A stretch of 64,000 nucleotides of DNA from Deltaproteobacteria bacterium. GTDB lineage: Bacteria; Myxococcota_A; UBA796; SXON01. The stretch is taken from contig CANKOI010000004.1 in the NCBI GenBank assembly GCA_947484175.1, forward strand, positions 3,407 to 67,406. The letters run 5' to 3'. The stretch's first letter is position 1. Every line of letters begins with the position of its first letter. Made by a program: the position numbers and the translations under genes. Positions 60,527 through 64,000 of the stretch are shown in pieces. The notes under the pieces were generated by a model. The model made no database searches and was not told where the DNA came from. It saw only the letters and a list, made by a program, of their open reading frames with translations.

Positions 60527-63500
60527 TCGGCCGATGGTACCGCACCGCGAATCTGGTTTGCCAGCGACGTGAATCCTGCCCCCTCGACCTCTGCGGCAAG
60601 GTCGAGCGCGCCGGGACCGTCCTGCTTCAGGCGGGTGAGGTGCCAACGGGCCACGTAGGCCGACTCCCGCTCGCCGAGGCGACTGGCGGTCGCCGCGGCC
60701 CGCTCCAAGTCGGCCACCGCATCGTCGCCCCGCAGGGCGCGCAGGTAGTGGAGGAACACCTCGTTCATCACGACGCCCCGCTCCCATCCGCAATCGCGCG
60801 CGAGGTCGCGGGACTGCTCGAAAGCCGCCCAAGCCCGCCCCACATCGTTGAGCCGCAGGAGCGCATCGCCAATGTTGTGGAGGTTGATGACCTCCCCGGG
60901 CCGGTAGCCCAGCCCGCGCCGCAGCTCCAGGGCCCGTCGGAATTCGGCAAGGGCCTCGGCGGGGCGCCCCTCCTCGAGCGATGCAATACCAAGGTTGTTG
61001 ATGATGCGCCCCATGAGCACGCGGTCGCCTACTCGCTCCGCGTGGGGGAGGGCGCGCTCCAAGAGCTCGCGGCCCGCGGCCGGGTCGCCCAGCCGAACCG
61101 CGTGGTTCGAGAGGCCAAGCAGCATCCTCGCCGCGAGGTCGCCTCGTTCGCCGGCAACGGCCAGCCCACGCTCGTAGGTGGCGCGGGCGTCGTCGACCTG
61201 ACCTTCGTCGAGGTCCAGAGCGCCGAGAACCTCCAAGCACTGAACGTGCAGCTCGAGGTCTCCGGTGCGCCGCGCGATCCCCGCGGCATCTTCCACGTTC
61301 GCACGGGCGAGTGCGAAGCGACCCTTGTTGGCGTACAGCTGGCCGAGGCCGAGCAGCGCCTGCGCCTCGGCAACGCGCGGCCCCGATTCTGCCGCGATGT
61401 CGAGCGCTATCGTGAGCATGCGCTCCGCCGTGGGGAGCCCGAGGAGGCGCGCCGTTTCGCCCGCGGCGACGTGAAGCTGCGCCTCGACCTGCGGGTCGCG
61501 ATCGGCTCGCGGGGCGGCATCGAGCCAGGCGATCCCGCGTAGGAAGCAGTCGAGACCGCGCTCGAAGAACTGGCTCGACCGGTGGTCTGCGCCGGCCCGG
61601 TAGATGCTGCGGATCGCCTCGCGGGGGCGCCCACCGTCGTGACAGTGGTGCGCAAACGACTCCACGACCGTGTCCAGGCGATCGCCGTACACGCGCTCCA
61701 TCCCACCGCTGACCATCCGGTGGTACTCGCGGCGCTGCACACCGAGGATTCCCCGGTTCACACACTCCCACACCAGCACCGATACGAAGCTGTAGGCGGT
61801 GTCAGGCGAGCGGCCGTCGGGCGCAACCAGCCCGGCCCGTACCAGCTCCCCGACGAGCGCGAGCGGCTCGTCGGCGCCGATGGCTTCCCCGAGGAGGACT
61901 GGCGAGAAGCCGAGCCCGATGATGGCGGCCACTTGGAGTGCCCCCTTGGCGAGGGGATCCAGGGCATCCACCCGCGACGCGATGAGCCCGACGAGCGTGT
62001 CGGGGAGCTGCGGACCGGCCTCGGGGTCCTTCAGCCGGGCCTGCTTGTCGTCGAACCAGACTCGGCCCGCCTGGCGAAGCGCCTTCAGCACCTCCTCGAG
62101 GTAGAGCGGGTTCCCCTCGGCCGTGCGCCGCACCAATCGGGCGAGGTCGGGGCCGATCGAATCCGCCCCGAGCACATCGGCCGCGAGCGCCTCCACCTGC
62201 TCGATGGTGAGCGTGCCGAGCTGCACCATTTCCATGCGCGCGGCCAGCAAGGGGTTGAATTCACCTCGCCAGCTGGCGATGAGCAACACGGGCTCGCCGT
62301 CGGAGGCGTCGAGGAGCTGAGAGAAGAGCTGGGCTTCGAAGGCGTCGAGGTATTGCACGTCCTCAAGCATCACGATCGTCGGACGGTCGCGCGCGAGCCC
62401 CCGCACCAGCTTCACCATCGCCGCGTCGATAGCATCTCGGGCCGGAACCGCCTTCTGGCCGAGCTCGAGCCTGAAGAGCGTTGCGATCACGGCGACGTCG
62501 GTTTCGTCGAGGTGGAGGGCCGTGAGACGTTTTAGTCGCTCGCGCACATCCGTGGCCGCGGTGTCCACTTCGATGCCGAGGACGTCGCTGACCAGATCCC
62601 GAAAGGGCGCCAGAGGCCGGTCGGACCCGAAGGGGAGCGCCCGCCCGTGGAAGATGGGGATGTTGCGACGCACGGCGAGCCCCCGAAGCTCGCGGAAAAA
62701 ACGACTCTTCCCAGCCCCCGCCTCGCCCACCACACCGATGCGCGCGCCCCGGCCTTCCCGAAGGTTGGCAAGTGCATCCCGGACCACCTCCAGTTCGTTT
62801 CCGCGCCGCAACCAGCGCCCCTGAAGCTCCCGCCCGCCACGGCGCCGACCTTCCCCAAGCAAGAACGTCGCGCGGGTGGCGCGGGTGCCCTTGCGGCGCA
62901 GCTCCGGTCCCCGGTCGAAGGGGAACCGGTCGCCGGCCAGAGCGGCCACCCGGTCGCTCACGAGGGTGGTGCCGGGGTCTGCGGCGTAGGCAAGGCGCAC
63001 GCAGGTCTTGAGGGTGTCGCCGCGAGCGGTGAATCGGTAGTGCCGACCCTGCCGGCGACCCACGTTGAGGTCGCCCGAATGGACACCAATGCTGAAGTCC
63101 GTGGGCAGACCGCGGCGGCGCAGCCGCCCTGCAAGTCGGTGGAACTCCCGAGCGCAGGCGAGCGCGCGGTCGAGGTCGTCGCCGTGGGCGCGCGGCAACC
63201 CGAAAAACACGAACAGCGTGTCGTCGTCGAAACGTTCCGCCACGCCGCCCATGTTGTCGACCAGCTTCCGCACCATACGGAGCATCTTGAAGTGCACACG
63301 ACCGACCTCTTCCGTCTCGGCGTGCGCCGAGAACTCCGTGAGTCCGTTCACCTCCACCACCATCACCACCACGCTCTTCCGTTCACCCTGATGCACGATG
63401 AGGTGCCGCGGCGCTCGCTCCTCAGGCCCTGTGAGCGACTCGTTGGTGGAGTGGCTCGACCCTTCGGGCTCCGGAGCGCCCCCCGTGTGCATGGCCTGCA

Positions 63501-64000
63501 GGTCTTCGGCCAAGAGGTCGATGGCGCTGGTCGCGGAGGCCGCGGACACCTCGTCGCCCCACGCACGACGCATCAGCTCTGCCAGCCGCCGTTCGTCGGC
63601 CCGCCAACCCTTGGCGAACGCGAGGGCACGCAGCTCTTCCTCGAAAGCGCCGGCGTCCTGGAACCGATCGGCCGGGTCGCGGGCGAGCGCTTTCGTTAGG
63701 ATCGCCCAGAGCTCGTCGGGCACACCTGCGTGGAGCGGCCGCACGTCGGGGATCACGCATTCGATCACCTGCCGGAGCTTTTCATCCGCGTCGTCGTTAG
63801 CAAAAAGTCGTTTTCCCGCCAACATCTCGTAGAGGACCACGGCGAGTGAGAACAGGTCGCTCCGCCTATCAACAGGCAGGCCGCGGGCCTGCTCCGGAGA
63901 CATGTACGCAAACTTACCCCCACCCGGGCGCCCGACCTGTGAGGGATCGGACTCGCTCAAGCTCTCGCCTACGAGTCGTGCGATGCCGAAGTCGACGAGC
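60523..64000 (-). CDS. Ser/Thr kinase + degenerate cyclase + STAND/AAA ATPase + TPR protein (5' end outside window)
   Basis: LVDFGIARL at the window edge, YMSPEQ, DLFSL; Walker A GEAGAGKS, Walker B MLEDVQ, GNPLYLEE; C-terminal TPRs. Confidence 0.92.
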   Translation of the reverse strand, partial: LVDFGIARLVGESLSESDPSQVGRPGGGKFAYMSPEQARGLPVDRRSDLFSLAVVLYEMLAGKRLFANDDADEKLRQVIECVIPDVRPLHAGVPDELWAILTKALARDPADRFQDAGAFEEELRALAFAKGWRADERRLAELMRRAWGDEVSAASATSAIDLLAEDLQAMHTGGAPEPEGSSHSTNESLTGPEERAPRHLIVHQGERKSVVVMVVEVNGLTEFSAHAETEEVGRVHFKMLRMVRKLVDNMGGVAERFDDDTLFVFFGLPRAHGDDLDRALACAREFHRLAGRLRRRGLPTDFSIGVHSGDLNVGRRQGRHYRFTARGDTLKTCVRLAYAADPGTTLVSDRVAALAGDRFPFDRGPELRRKGTRATRATFLLGEGRRRGGRELQGRWLRRGNELEVVRDALANLREGRGARIGVVGEAGAGKSRFFRELRGLAVRRNIPIFHGRALPFGSDRPLAPFRDLVSDVLGIEVDTAATDVRERLKRLTALHLDETDVAVIATLFRLELGQKAVPARDAIDAAMVKLVRGLARDRPTIVMLEDVQYLDAFEAQLFSQLLDASDGEPVLLIASWRGEFNPLLAARMEMVQLGTLTIEQVEALAADVLGADSIGPDLARLVRRTAEGNPLYLEEVLKALRQAGRVWFDDKQARLKDPEAGPQLPDTLVGLIASRVDALDPLAKGALQVAAIIGLGFSPVLLGEAIGADEPLALVGELVRAGLVAPDGRSPDTAYSFVSVLVWECVNRGILGVQRREYHRMVSGGMERVYGDRLDTVVESFAHHCHDGGRPREAIRSIYRAGADHRSSQFFERGLDCFLRGIAWLDAAPRADRDPQVEAQLHVAAGETARLLGLPTAERMLTIALDIAAESGPRVAEAQALLGLGQLYANKGRFALARANVEDAAGIARRTGDLELHVQCLEVLGALDLDEGQVDDARATYERGLAVAGERGDLAARMLLGLSNHAVRLGDPAAGRELLERALPHAERVGDRVLMGRIINNLGIASLEEGRPAEALAEFRRALELRRGLGYRPGEVINLHNIGDALLRLNDVGRAWAAFEQSRDLARDCGWERGVVMNEVFLHYLRALRGDDAVADLERAAATASRLGERESAYVARWHLTRLKQDGPGALDLAAEVEGAGFTSLANQIRGAVPSAE

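Overview
High-GC chromosomal window that looks like Myxococcota/Deltaproteobacteria (Cys/Asp-rich metal-binding-motif lipoprotein, AgmX/PglI-type domain, MYXO-CTERM-like tail, Ser/Thr kinases). It holds about 55 CDS, one tRNA-Arg(TCT), no CRISPR array and no intact transposase or integrase. Much is housekeeping: acyl-CoA dehydrogenase, UbiD, sulfatase, FliA, Crp, an MBOAT/SGNH O-acetylation operon, an M16 pair, oligoendopeptidase F, speA, galU and dksA. The best candidate for a new system is the co-oriented cluster at 56933-64000 on the minus strand. In order it encodes a kinase/pseudo-cyclase/STAND-ATPase/TPR protein, an intact membrane adenylate cyclase, a ComQ-like isoprenoid-synthase-fold enzyme, a 77-aa NHLP-clan-like precursor ending in -EYLA, and an RRE(PqqD)-M50 membrane peptidase. 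I infer a possible prenylated-peptide (perhaps Tyr-prenylated) RiPP or quorum signal coupled to cAMP. Other notable items: an orphan contractile-injection baseplate module; a ferritin-like/ATP-grasp fusion operon; a permuted LeuD-LeuC aconitase fusion; a symmetric four-repeat MITE-like element beside a nucleotidyltransferase pair; and a CGA-heptamer array before an internally shortened four-helix-bundle gene. All family calls come from motif recognition by eye; no searches were run.
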